A DNA stretch of 64,000 bases from contig OX597838.1 in the NCBI GenBank assembly GCA_951406725.2, positions 6,448,001 to 6,512,000 on the forward strand, in the 5' to 3' direction. The notes below the pieces were generated by a model. The model worked only from the letters and a program-made list of their open reading frames with translations. It ran no database searches and was not told the origin of the DNA. Positions within the stretch are counted from its first letter, which is position 1, and each line of letters opens with the position of its first letter. Below, in pieces: positions 1-13,435 of the stretch. Source of the DNA: Octopus vulgaris (Eukaryota). A program made the position numbers and the translations under genes.

Positions 1-103
1 GATACCCATACGCATGCGCGTGACGCACTCAGCCGGATACACTAACACACACGTATATATAAAGGGATACGCATTTGATAACCCTACCGTACCGATATCG
101 ATA

Positions 104-481
104 TGGAGGTGCAATGGCCCAATGGTTAGGGCAGCGGACTCGCGGTCAGAGGATCGCCGTTTCGATTCCCAGACCGGGCGTTGTTTGTGTTTATTGAGCG
201 AAAACACCTAAATCTCCACCAGGCTCTGGCAGGGGGTGATGGCGACCTCTGTTGTACTCTTTCGCTCCAACTGTCTCGCACTCTTCCTTCTTGCTTCTTG
301 TCCCCGACTCCCTACGCAACCGCTGAGCCTGGATGTGCATTCATCCATCCGTCGATGCTCTCGGTGTCGGGGGTTGACCTGCTTTCTCTTCCACGGGTCT
401 TGCATATAGCAAAGGACAGCGTTTCGGATTTCTCCCATCTTGCGAGCTCTGGGACGAAGACCGTTCGCTCAACAGCAACAA
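104..481 (+). mobile_element. tRNA-Arg-like SINE (octopus OR1/OR2-like head and body) with a third, distinct 3' tail ending in CAACAGCAACAA
   Basis: A box TGGCCCAATGG and B-box-like GTTTCGATTCC. Bases 104-295 match the copies at 30434-30729, 40459-40817 and 43094-43482; bases 301-481 do not match their tails. Confidence 0.8.
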
Positions 482-923
482 GTGACCCGCTTTGCACAAT
501 ACACCCAATCTCCAGAAACTCCGTTGAAATTACTCCATTCCGTCACATTTGTCTTACGAGTTAGGTTTGTTTGGCGAGCTTATGAAACTCTGTCTGGCAT
601 AGAACTGAATTAAATTGATTATTAAATAATATATGTGTGTTTATGGCTGTGTGTTTATATGGGTGTGTGTGTGTGTGTATGTGTGTATTTGTATGTGTGT
701 ATTTGTATGTGGACGCACATACAGGAGATGAGTTTTGATGTGCGTGGGTAGATGAAAATGAGATGGAGAGAGAGATGAATTTCAAACTAATTCTGTTGCA
801 TCTCAACCGTCCGCGAAAGCAAAGTTTCTCTCGACCATTGTTATATTTGCTTCTATTCGTGTTACTTTATATATACTTAGATGCATATACACTCATACAT
901 ACGCGTATCTACCACCTTATATG

Positions 924-926
<3 letters not shown>

Positions 927-967
<41 letters not shown>

Positions 968-1171
968 CACATACATATATATATATATATATATACTGGG
1001 AAATATTCATATATACATATAGTCATATTCGTGCTGAATTCATACATTCATACATTACTTGGGTAAACATATCTGTAGGTGGTCTGTGTATATACATAAA
1101 CACACGCACACGCACACACACAGCACAGAGGCACATACTCACACACATCTATATATATACGTATATATACT

Positions 1172-1244
<73 letters not shown>

Positions 1245-1374
1245 CTATATATAATGCTTCATAAACTACTCGCTTAAGCGTGGCATACATAGTCATCAAG
1301 ACAATATTTCACCCATTGATACATATATACACACAGACACATATACGTATATATATACCTATACATATACATAT

Positions 1375-1447
<73 letters not shown>

Positions 1448-1556
1448 TGCATAAATATATAGATATATATATACATATATATATGTGTGTGTGTGTACAT
1501 GTGTGGGTATAGTTGGTTGTGTGTAAGTATAGCTACCTGTTTGTATTATTATGTAT

Positions 1557-1589
<33 letters not shown>

Positions 1590-1590
1590 T
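927..1590. repeat. Compound (TA)n/(CA)n/(TG)n microsatellite field
   Basis: Directly visible; source of the YIYI/CVCV ORFs. Confidence 0.95.
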
Positions 1591-2906
1591 TCTTTAATAC
1601 ACATGTTTGTTATCGACTCAAATCTCTTAATATATTTTTTAATGTTTGTTTCCATTTCCTTTTGATAGTAGCAATTGTTGATTAAACTCTTTCTTACCAT
1701 CCATTACACTTTAATTTTAAGAATACTATAGTTAAAAGATCAAAGTGTTGTCGGGCATCAACTCATTGAGGTGAACATTCAATTTTATATGTCTTCCGTA
1801 TCTTAAATACGTACATACTTACATACATATATATGTGTATATATGTGTGTTCATGTATGTGGGGTTTTTTTTTGCTTTTTTACAGTCGTTATTGCACGCT
1901 ATATCTATTTTGCTTTCTTTATTATCTCTGAATATCGTACAAAATATTAAAGAAATTGTGAAAATATCTCGTATAGTTCATATTTGTACGATATTAATTT
2001 TACGCATAGATTTAGCTTTCCATCTTGAAACTAAATTATTAGCTTTCGCTTTATCTTCACTACATCGTTTGTCTATGACTTACACAGTGTTTACGTAAGT
2101 TTGAAACGTCTTCTTGTTGTTCACCCTGTTTCACCTTTTAACATTTTAACCAAGCAGTTCACTAAACAAGAATTGATAAAACATTTAGAAAACCAAAATA
2201 GGTAACTAGATTGAAATATTTAATTGAATCACGTTTTCACGGACCGTTTTAACTATCGTCCTTTGTTTCTTTTCAGCATGTATACCAACTATTTTAACTG
2301 TCAACATTCGGATCACAGTTTCCTGTATTAAATGTCCGTACACTTATAGACGGACGCTTTGTCTTTTCAAGTTGAGTGTTTCCGAGCTGCTAACATCCGA
2401 ACCTCTTCAAGATTTGTATTTGGAGATGAAAGACACGTTGTGTACCCATTCGTTGTTCACATGAGAGTTTGTTCACAATAGCCTCTATTGACTGACATAC
2501 GCAAATATCTTTCGAGTGCCTCGTGAGAATAGACCCACCACGTACGGCAAAGAAGAGCAAGCAATGTTATGATGCCTATGGCGAATAAAATTGTAAATTA
2601 TTGTTTTCCTCTCGATTGGAACCTTTACCGTATTTAATTGGAAATATGCAGCTAAAGAAAGTATTGTTCGTCTCCAGAAAATTTAAGAGATGCAAGGTAT
2701 CAAACATAGCGAAGACATTAGATGGTGGCGCATGAACAAGCTCGAAGATCTCGACATTGCATCGACGTAGCGTTTATATCATCTACTTACCAACACATCC
2801 AAAGTAAGACATACAGATTGGCAGATAACATTGACAGAATTAGCCATAAACTCAACTGGCTTCAAGCTCAACACTGGAACTCCATCGGACACGTCCTCAA
2901 TATTAC

Positions 2907-2907
<1 letters not shown>

Positions 2908-2975
<68 letters not shown>
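2908..2975. repeat. (ATT)n microsatellite
   Basis: Directly visible. Confidence 0.95.
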
Positions 2976-2976
<1 letters not shown>

Positions 2977-3272
2977 TAACACGTCGCATAGTATCCAGCA
3001 TCGTGATGTTGTTGATTGAAAATAATGTGCCTACTGGGTTTTTCTACAGGGATTTGTACTCTCTATCAAGTTACAACAATGACCTTAGACAGACAATACT
3101 TTATACACAGAAGTAGAGCTCGGGCATTGGAAAAATAGCAGCAGAGAAAACGATGAAAATACATCTCTTACTGATAAAAGAAATATCATAGTAGACAACA
3201 GAGGTGGAAGGAGATAATCAGAGAAAGACTTGAAAGTGAACCTAAGATCGTAATACTTCAGGTAAACTGAAT

Positions 3273-3480
3273 ATAACAAATAATCCAGAATCCTTGTCCG
3301 GTACCGGAACGATCCCAAAATCTAATCGATTCGTGCCAGTCCCGAGCCCAAACATCCCTGAAAGTTTCATCCGAATCCGTATAGCAGCGCTTGAGATATC
3401 TTCTCCACGGCCAAACAAACAAAAAAGAAAAAAAAAACAATCACATGATAATAATCAAAATTCTTTCCGCAACCATCCCC
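3273..3480 (+). mobile_element. HINE/DINE-1-like non-autonomous Helentron-associated element
   Basis: Motifs GATCCCAAAATCTAATC, AAGTTTCATCCGAATCCG and GAGATATC, then an (ACAA)n microsatellite; layout typical of DINE-1/HINE elements; recognised from memory only. Confidence 0.5.
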
Positions 3481-3540
3481 CTCTGTGACCATCACCATCA
3501 TTTATTGGACTTCGATTTTGTTGTAAATGTCACAACATAT

Positions 3541-3951
3541 ACTCTTTTACTTGTTTTCATTCATTTTGACTGCGGCCATGCTGGAGCACCGCCCTTAGTC
3601 GAGCAAATCGACCCCGGGATTTATTGTTTGTAAGCCCAGTACTTATTCTATCGGTCTCTTTTGCCGAACCGCTAGGTGACGGGGACGTAAACACACCAGC
3701 ATCGGTTGTCAAGCAATGCTAGGGGGACAAACACAGCAGACACACAAGCACACCACATATATACGTATATATATATATACATATATACGACGGGCTTCTT
3801 TCAGTTTCCGTCTACCAAATCCACTCACAAAGCATTGGTCGGCCCGCGACTATAGCAGAAGACACTTGCCCAAGATGCCACGCAGTGGGCCTGAACTCGG
3901 GACCATGTGGTTGGTTAGCAAGCTACTTACCACACAGCCACTCCAACGCCT
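3541..3951 (-). mobile_element. tRNA-derived SINE family B, full length
   Basis: Near-identical to 27041-27453. Minus strand has a tRNA-like head (GTGGCTGTGTGG ... GAGTTCAGGCCC), CORE-like CTTGGGCAAGTG, an internal (TA/TG)n and an AAAAGAGT tail. Confidence 0.85.
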
Positions 3952-4589
3952 ACGAGGAGTTACACAAAACCATCCTTCTGTTTAGGATTGTGTAATTTAC
4001 TAATATCATATCAAGATAATTAACAGGAAAATAGGTTACATTATTTTCTTTAATTCTATGCCCTAAGCCTTAACTTGGTATTTATTGTAACATTGAAGTG
4101 TATTTTTTCTCTTATAATTTCCTTATCTGTATACAGGTATATAAATGATATCCGTTTTTCCTTATTTTATCTCTGAAATATATATTTCGTCAGAAGCCAC
4201 CTTTTATTTTAAGAGATGAAATACAAATATTTATCTATTTTATCCATGTTCAATATAAGCAAATAGAAAAATTATTTTCAATAGTGAAAATAAAAACGGA
4301 GGCATTAATTTCCTAGTTTTTTCAACCGTATTTATATTTCATACATTCTAAAAACAACGTTTATACATTCTTGTAATAAAAATTTGCAGTAATACTAACG
4401 TGACATAAATAATAAATAAACAACAAATTATCCAGTACATCAAAATAATGTCGAAATTGATCCAAATGTATTTATTGTCCGCAACGTTTGACGCCATTGA
4501 AAGTTCACTAGAACCTGATGGAAAATTTGGTTGTTGACATCACCTAAGGGAATAGGATTTTCGAAAATGGCGAATGTTTAATTTGTTAC

Positions 4590-5265
4590 TTCATTCAGTC
4601 ACTGGACTGAACTGCTACCACACCGGGGCGCCGCCTTCCAAAGTATAGTCGAACAAATGGATCTTTTCGCTTTGACCGGCAGATTTTTAAAGAAATTCCT
4701 TTGTAACTAAACACTTTTAAACTTCGCATGCTGGTAGAATGTGTTTGTAAATAACGAACCGGAGTAATTGTATTCACCTCAATAGACGTCATTGATTGGT
4801 TGAAATTGCCGAAATGCAAGAAATTAAACAACAAACAGCTTACAGACTACAGAAGTTTCTCAAGAAAGCCAAGATAAAAATATGCTTTATAAACACATTC
4901 TACCAGTAAACGAAGTTTAAAAGGGTTTAGTTACAAAGAAATTATTTAAAAAAATCTGCTGGTCAAAGAGAAAAGATCCGAAAGATTTTACCTAAGTGCT
5001 TATATTTACACGTGTTACTTATTCGAACGTTGCAGTTTTGACGAACCATTAAATTACGGTGATTTGAACCCACAAATAGCGGTTATTCCGCGGTGGTGGT
5101 GAGCTACCACAAGGACATCCTCTCAAAAATACATACACACGATGGGCAGCTGCATTCGATTACCAAAGCCACACACAAGATTTTTGCCAGCCCAAGGTCA
5201 TATTGGAAGACACTTCAAAGAGGTATCCAGCAGTGGGACTGAACCTGACGTAGTGCGATTGGGAT
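4590..5265 (-). mobile_element. Degenerate SINE family B copy interrupted by a MITE
   Basis: Patchy identity to 3541-3951 on both sides of 4659-4979. Confidence 0.55.
4659..4979. mobile_element. MITE with GG...CC termini and roughly 90-bp imperfect TIRs (Merlin-like), related to 57486-57903
   Basis: GGATCTTTTCGCTTTGACCGGCAGATTTTT ... AAAAATCTGCTGGTCAAAGAGAAAAGATCC; internal sequence shared, in inverted orientation, with the 57.5-kb element. Confidence 0.8.
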
Positions 5266-6981
5266 TGCTGACCCCTTCGTGGTAATCGTTGTTCCCTAAT
5301 ATTGCATTTGAAGATATCCATATACCTTTGCTCTTTATTGTACCCATTTTGAGTGGTGAGCGTAGTCGATTATATAAATGCCTATGGATTTGGTCGATTA
5401 TATAGACGCCTGTACGTTGTGCCGCAAGACATTTCATGGAGCTTTATTTCGTCCCCAATCCATCGAAAGGAAAGTATTTAAGGCAAACATTACTCCTTCA
5501 GAATTTCGGGTCAGAGTGTATGGAGTTTGTATGCACAAACTAGAGTGCATTTTTTGACGCATTCTGACAAATTTCTGACTATTCTCTCAATCCAGCGTTT
5601 AATTCAGAAGAGATTTAAACCAACATAGTTTGGTGCAGCTAATTGGATTTGAGCAAAGATTAAATATGCATTATTTATTGGATGGCTGACTACAATGAAC
5701 TGTCCAGTGGAGATGACTAATAAAGAGCAAAAGATCCCGTACTACAATTGATATATGTTCTACAGCACGGATGTAGTTTTTGTTGTTCTTTTGTCCCACG
5801 TAAGTTCTGAATATTAAGTTTAATCGAACCAGTTCCGGCGTACACACTAACTATTGGTTTTAGGATATGCAGCTTTGATCATTCTACGTCAGTTTCATGT
5901 AAAGGCAAGGAGATTCAATTACTATTTTTGTAAAATGAAGAAGCACCGTGGGCACAGATTTCTTGAGAACATCAGCATTAATTATTTGGATATTTATCCT
6001 GGAGTTTAGAGCATAATGTAGGAGTATCTCTGATTGTGTCTCAACAAGAGATGAATTTACTCCAGCGATCGCTGACATGCCGCTCCCGAAAGCTTACACG
6101 GAAAGAATTACCTTGTTTAGACTTTTCTACAGCTAATGCCGTGGCTTCTGGCCTTAGGAATTGTCCGATTCATAACCGTATGTCCCCTGACCTACCTGAT
6201 ACACATCCACACTCTCTGTCATCCGTATGCAGTGGATGTTCCCATTCTCTACACATGCCACTTCGTCTGCATATATTTCTTCTAAAACGATAATAGTTTT
6301 AGAACAATTTGCTGCCCGTAAAGACTACTGGTACAGCCTCTTTCTTCAGGCAAAGCAACTTAAATAATTTGAAACATTCACACACATGCACCTCTGCATA
6401 CATGCCCGGACGCAACATTAACGTCTGAACGATTGCCTCACTGCACTAGAGAACTATTGCATGAGACAAAAAGACGATTTTCTCCATAACCGTATCAATA
6501 ACAACTTTAAACGATCCCAGCTGTGGGTTATGATCGATTGCAATATTATTCCCGAAGATGTTCGCCAATAAAAACATTTAAAATAAAATCAAAAGAGTCC
6601 TTATTAATTTCTTTTTATTGAACATCTTTTGACTTTCTAGTTTCTATTTTAATGTCAAGTTGATAAGAATGAAATATGCCTATGCATTTAATAATTTCAC
6701 AAAATGTTTCATACAAAAATAATAAGAAAAAAAAAAAGACCCGTGAACAGAAATGAAGGTTTTGTGATTAAAGGGACATTAAACAAAATGCTTTTCCGAT
6801 ATTGATTCTGTTTTTAAAATATCAGCGATTTATCCCTCGGCTTTCTTTCCAGAATTTTGATTTGGGTTCGAAATATGTCGCACAACTCATTTGAATTTGA
6901 GATTATGCAAACAATTCATTTTTAAAAATGATAAACAAACATCAAATTTATCAAAAAACATCTATCCTTATCCTCTTCGCA

Positions 6982-7072
<91 letters not shown>

Positions 7073-7139
7073 GTACACGCGCGCAGGAACACACATGCAC
7101 ACGTTCGCACAAACATACATACAGACAGAGAGACATATC

Positions 7140-7370
7140 TTTTACATGCTTATTCAGTCATTAAGTTGCAGCCGGGTTGGGGCACCGCCTTGAATATTTT
7201 TGCTTTTGAGTCGAATGAAGGGAAGGGACAGGATACTAATTATTTAGCCTGGTACTTTTTCTATCGCCCTCTCTGCCGAACCTCTAAGTTAAGGGGACAC
7301 AAACACACCAGTACCGGTTGTCAATCGCTGGTGGTGGGTGGGACAGGCACAGACACAAATACACACACAT
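7140..7370 (-). mobile_element. Degenerate SINE family B 3' fragment
   Basis: Similarity to the tail half of 3541-3951. Confidence 0.55.
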
Positions 7371-7464
7371 ATAGATGCATATATATAACGTATTTTACGT
7401 TAACATGCTGGACAGGTCAGTTTTAGCTTCCCTAATATTATAATGTAAACCTTTTTGACCTCAT

Positions 7465-7903
7465 AATATTCTGTGCCTGTATACCAATATTCCACTGAAC
7501 TTTTTAATAATTCCTTCTGGACACTATCGTTTACATTTTCGTGAGAATGTATATATTTGTTGTAATCTTTTGTGCCCAATATTTCAATGAACTTGTTAAA
7601 CTTTTTTATGTTCTTAACATGCTCTTGTCACCAAAGAATGTATATATATATATATTGTAGTACTCTGTGACAACCAATATTCTGTGCGTGTTTGAATATA
7701 CAGATACAATACCAATATCCCACTGAACTTTTTAATAATTCCTTCTGGAAACTATCTTTAACATTTTCTTGAGAATGTATATTTATGTTGTAATCTTTTG
7801 TGCCCAGTATTTTAAGGAACTTGTTAAACTTTCTTATGTCCTTAACATGTTTTTGTTACCAAAGACTGTATATATGTAATGTAGCAATTTGTAACAACCA
7901 ATA
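7465..7903. repeat. Diverged tandem duplication, unit about 210-230 bp
   Basis: ATACCAATAT(T/C)CCACTGAACTTTTTAATAATTCCTTCTGG...ACAACCAATA begins at 7481 and at 7709. Confidence 0.9.
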
Positions 7904-8074
7904 ATTAACGCAACCAAACTTTTACATGTTACTTTTGACGATCTTTTTCCAAAGATTGAAACCGGTAAAGTAAATAAACATCTTTTAAAATTTCATTTTC
8001 AAACCTTCTTTCGTATAAGATTCCACTCGTGCGGTACCCTACAACTCCATCTCGTTATATATATACATATATAC

Positions 8075-8130
<56 letters not shown>

Positions 8131-8135
<5 letters not shown>

Positions 8136-8637
8136 TGTAGTTGTGTGAGTGTCTGTCCCCTTCGATTTAAGATTCCTAACTCCTCCCACATTTTCCGGTG
8201 CAGTTTAACCAAATTCGGGTATCTTATAGTCGTGATTAATATCGAGCCCGTCTGGCTATTAGCGCGCGTCTACGATGAGTCTACGATTTTTAAAATATTT
8301 TAACATCATTTTTTATTCTATTTTAATGCATAACTTTTCGTGTGTCGATGGCGGCGGAGTTGGCGTCCACGCTCAAACACCTGAACCTGTGTTTGCTTCT
8401 TCCCCTTCTTCCCTCCCTCGTGAAGCTGTGGGGAAGGGAGCGTAAGGAAATCAACGTCGTAAAGCGTTGTCAAGGAGACCAACGTTCTTTTAGAACAACG
8501 ACTTCATGGCTTGAAGACACCAAAACAGAAATGGCTAAGAAAGCCCAAATTGGCATCTATAAGGGAAGTAACACTCTAAAAATGCTTATATAGTTATTTC
8601 CCTTACAAACCCGAGCAACGCCCGGCGATACTGCTAG
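8131..8637 (+). mobile_element. Non-autonomous Helitron
   Basis: 5' (TA)n-AAAACTGTAGTTGTGTGAGTGTCTGTC; 3' GC-rich subterminal hairpin CCGAGCAACGCCCGG (8611-8625) followed by CTAG|T (8634-8638). Confidence 0.75.
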
Positions 8638-11600
8638 TATATATATATATTGCTGTTTCATTTTATGAAAAGTTACGATTATATCTCCGATATCGCTCCG
8701 TAGATATTCTTGCTTAATTGTGTTCCTTATTTCAAATGTATCTATGACATTATCTGCGATGTCTCCCCCGTAGTGCATTACAGATCATGACACTCCATCA
8801 TTCAACATGCCGGGCAGAATAAAATTCATAATTATCAACTAACATTATATTTTCTTTAACGTATATCAGATCTTACTGGAGGTATCTCTTCTTAATGGTC
8901 TAACCAGCAGATATGTTTTCACTCACCTAACTATATGAAATATCAACTAATCTATAATATTTCCACCTACATAAAATATCGGCCGTCTATTATACGGTAG
9001 CATTTTCAAGAGAGTTAGACAGAATATGATATTACTAAATGTCTACTTGAAATGTAAATGTAAGTCTCCAATACATTTATACATTAGAATATGAATTGCA
9101 GAATGTATAAGCGATATTGTAGAATAAATAAAATATTGGATCGACCAGTTCACGAATTGTATGTTCAATTCCACTGTAGGCGGAATATTGATGTATTTCA
9201 AGGCAACAAACATTTGTTTCGTATTATATATTTCTCCTGGCGATTACGAAATATAGATTTCGCTGTCAATGAAGAGGTCAAACGGGCTGATATCTATATA
9301 TTTAAGGGCAAGTGTAGTGAGCATAAAAGAGCTATATTTGCATTTCGCTTCCAGTTATCTTATCATGATACTGTATTTAAGCCCCTGTAATGAACTTTAA
9401 CATAGAAACATCCTACTTTTTCTCGTTTGTAAATATTAGGTTCCAGGAAACACTGAAAGTAAACCAATATTTTTCAACGAGAACCATAACTCGAGAAACA
9501 AACTGGAAACCAATCAAATAAACAATACCTTTTCGATTAATAATGCTAGCGGAGAAATACGTATGTGTAGCTATATTGAATCTCCTTCACCTGCGCATTT
9601 TACTAAGTTTTCAACGTTGTAACGTGTGCGTCACGATAGCTTTTTCACCTGCTAGAAATAGAAACCAAATCTGACACAACTGCGCATTACATTTAAAAAT
9701 AATATATGGTGTACATTTTCTTTTTAACATTTATCCCTAAAATATAAGATTTGCATTGTTCAAATAACTGTGAATATTAGGTATGTGTAATTCGAGTAAA
9801 ATTCAGACACCCCAGGGAATTCTTACTTGTATACTAATGACTTGTAGCTACGTGGTATAATGTTACGCAACCGTAATATACTCTAAGGAATAGTAAACGT
9901 TTATTTTAGTGAATATCACTTTCTCCTGTGTTAGCAATAAGTTCTTACATCACTTGTTAAGCTTATCTCAACATATATTTTATAGAAATTACATCCAGCA
10001 CTGAGTTTTGTTGCTACGTTTCTTATACGACACGTCAGACGTGAACAAAGAATGAAATAGAAGATGAAAAATGGAGAATGGACGTATATGCCATATTTCA
10101 GGTCATTTTACCCCTTCATTAGCTCCCATCTAACCCACTAATCATCCTCGAGCACGTTGCTTAAATAGACATAATTTGAATCCCAAGTTGTTGTAGTATT
10201 TGGTCCTGCATCTACCTCAAAATAAGCCACAGAAATATCTGTTTTTTAGCTAAGGTATACACCTTAATTATTATTATTATTATTTTGTTTTTTGAACGGC
10301 AAATGCAAAATATCTCCCGTCAGAGGAGAATGACTAGTCATTACTCATGAAGCAATTTGAAATTTATCATTTCTGAGTCGATAAAATAAAAACGAGTTGA
10401 GTGCTGGGGTCTATGTAATCAGCTTATCCATTTCTCCTAAAATAGTAGCCTTGTCCCCATAGCTAAAACCAATACCAATATTTATTCAGGAAACTCCGTG
10501 GTTTCCCCGTAACTAAATCGTATTCAATTTCAGATTAGAAAAACTCTGGACTTTGATGATATCTAATACAACAATGCCACTTCTGGAAACGGAACAATGT
10601 GACTGCCTTTACCTAACTATATGATTTACGACAATTCTTGATTAGCCCTTAAAGGCGAATGAGACCACATTAATTTACGAAAAGATTAACATTAATGAAT
10701 CTACTTGCAATATTGGACAACTCTTAAACTTTTAAATTAGGCTCAGCTCGAGAGCTGCAGCCATGCTGTTGTACCGCTGTTGGCTTTCCTACAACTTCAC
10801 TGCATGAAATCCCCTCTGATTTCTGGCATTTGGTGAATGAGGGTGATTGAATCTGCTGCCTTGATCTGCGTTTCCTGCCGTGAGCAAAACTTATGCGGAG
10901 CTCGTGATCGGAGGGTCACCAGTTTTGCTTTCAAGATACCTATCCGCATCCCATGCAGGTTTGTAAAGTTTTTATATTTTTACGAGGGTATCGAAGAGCC
11001 GCGGGCCCTTGAAACCAAAACGATTGACGTATTTGGTTCCCCTCCTTGATGGCGGTGTTGAGATGTGTAAAACATTGGCAGATAAATTTAATGCGTGGTC
11101 GTCGACTTTACCATTATTTCATATGGAGGCAGATTAGTCTGTTGCTTGCATGAAGACTGTATCGCTTTGTTTTTGTTCTTTTGAGATTCTGCCGACCATC
11201 TACACTCTGCCAATCTGCATCTTCAAGGTCTTAGTATTTTGTCATCTTTTCTATTAGACACTCCAACCTGGCAAGGTAATTCCAAATCCTGACCACTGTT
11301 CCTACACCATTCCATGCTTTGATTTCAATTTTAAAATCAACTTACTTCTGCGTTCAATTCTAAGCATTTTTAGAGCTAGCCGAATATTTGTGTGAATATT
11401 TTAAACCGAAAATTTTATCATACGAAGTAATAAATATAACGCTTTTCTTTCATTCAATTTATTTTCAACTTCCTAGTTTCATATATTTCTCCATGTAATG
11501 ATATCTCCTCTATTCCCATACCTTTCTCTGTATATTAATATTTATATGGAGGTACAGCTTACATTTTTGTCTTGTAATTTGTTCATATGTTTATTCATTG

Positions 11601-12720
11601 AAATTTATGCATTTATATATGTGTGTATGTTTTATATGTGTGTCTTAGCGAGTTTGCGTGTGGGTGTATATGCAGTGATTGCGATTCTTTTCAATGTTTG
11701 TTGTATGTATTTCTTTTTGAATAGGATTGTGTTTTGTGTATGCGAGTGTGCATCACTCTAACTGCGTTATTATATTTGCAAATGCGTGTATTTCCTGTTC
11801 TGGGAGAACTTGGATGTTTTCCTGTATTAGAGTGTTTGTGCACGTAAAATGATTGTCTACGAGTGTATGAGCGTATGCATTTATGCATACCCATGTTTCA
11901 CTTGCGATTGTATCTTTGAAGGATGTGTGCTAATGTGTATTCCAACATTTCGCTGCAAAATGAGCAATCGCGCTTCCGTTTGTCGTTTTCGCTATAGCTT
12001 GTGGGAAGCAATATTAAAACGATCTCTAAAATTGCAATTCTCGCAGCGATTTGGCATGAAAGGAAATATAATTTCACTTTGTAACACGTAGCAACATTTA
12101 TTTGTATTTTAGATCCGTTTAATTCTCATAGATTTAGAATATTTATGTGGCAGATGTTGTCGGTACGGCGGAAAACATATAACTTATTAAATCAGTTTTC
12201 AATAGAGAAACGCAAGCTAATAATATAAATCGTTAGCTTATTCAGCAGGCAGCATAACTTGGGTAGTAGTGCAAGCGTGTAAATCTACCTCATTCAATTA
12301 CTGCTATCATTTTATCGATCGCAATACCAAATTTTTTCATTGTGGTCAGTACAATAGCAGACGAGATTGTTGTGGCGATCGGAGAAAGTGCCAAAATAAA
12401 TTTCAGGACTTTCATACAGGCGAAAGCAAAAGATAGAGATTTTATTCAGCCAAATTTATTATAATCGGTGCATAACTGAATCAGCCTGAGACATCCAAGT
12501 GATGGTTGAGAAAAGTTCATGACGACGAAGCCGAGAAAACAATAACGGAGACGAGCACAAGGCCACATACACATGCACACACAAACAAGTGCACACGACA
12601 CTAAATGTGACTAGGGTATTAGGAAACAGCACCATTTTGGTAACCCTTCCCGGTCGTATCTAGTGATATTTACAATTCTTTTTGGTGAAGCTTTGCAAAC
12701 TGATGTTTATATATATATAT

Positions 12721-12932
12721 AACGTTAATCCAAACAAGAAAAGAAAAACAAAAAAACAACAGCGCAAGGACGTGGAACAAATATAGTATTATTGGACACT
12801 CAGGAAAGAAGGGAAAAAGGAGGGTTTGACGTTTCGAGCGGAGCTCTTCGTCGGAGACATAGGAGAAGGAAAGATCCCGAGAAGGGAAGACAGGGGAAAA
12901 AATCGGTAGTGATACAGACGAGGTCACATACT
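12721..12932 (-). mobile_element. PLE-like terminal fragment in (TA)n carrying a hammerhead motif
   Basis: (TA)n on both flanks, T-rich 3' tail, hammerhead motif at 12824-12858. Confidence 0.65.
12824..12858 (-). ncRNA. Minimal type I hammerhead ribozyme motif (slightly degenerate)
   Basis: Minus strand GTCT-CCGACGA-A-GAGC-TCC-GCTC-GAAA-C-GTC-AAAC; palindromic ACGT stem III; U4C change and one stem I mismatch. Confidence 0.7.
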
Positions 12933-12950
12933 AATATATATATATATATA

Positions 12951-13183
12951 CATGGTTGGCCAGACGTCCCACAACTGTTAATCAGAATTCCATCAATACT
13001 ATAAATAATTCTGTATTGACTCGAATGGAAAAATGTGTCGCTCCAGAAATACATAAGTTCGAACAATTTTCATGATGTTTCCGATTTAGATGTTCTTATT
13101 AAATTCATTCCGTTATTAAACATAAACAAACCTTGGAATTAAATGGTCTTGATGTATTGTATGCTGAATTTTGACCAACCCCG
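12951..13183. mobile_element. Tc1/mariner-type MITE
   Basis: TA|CATGGTTGGCCAGA ... TTTGACCAACCCCG|TA: imperfect TIRs with a TA target duplication. Confidence 0.6.
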
Positions 13184-13194
13184 TATATATATAT

Positions 13195-13232
<38 letters not shown>

Positions 13233-13237
13233 ACATA

Positions 13238-13294
<57 letters not shown>

Positions 13295-13299
13295 TTATA

Positions 13300-13435
13300 T
13301 ATGACAGGCTTCTTTCAGTTTCAGTATAGCAAATCCACTCATAATGATTTGGTACCCCCGGGCAAATATTGTTGGCCCTTGTCCAAGCTTGCCGCTCAGT
13401 GAGACCGAACCACAGGCCTTATAGTTGGGAATCGA
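13300..13435 (-). mobile_element. Degenerate SINE family B 5' fragment
   Basis: GACAGGCTTCTTTCAGTTT...CAAATCCACTCA matches family B. Confidence 0.6.

Noticed and set aside
3716-3985. Similar ORFs at 3716 and 27224 suggesting paralogous genes
   Set aside because: Both are antisense readings of SINE family B
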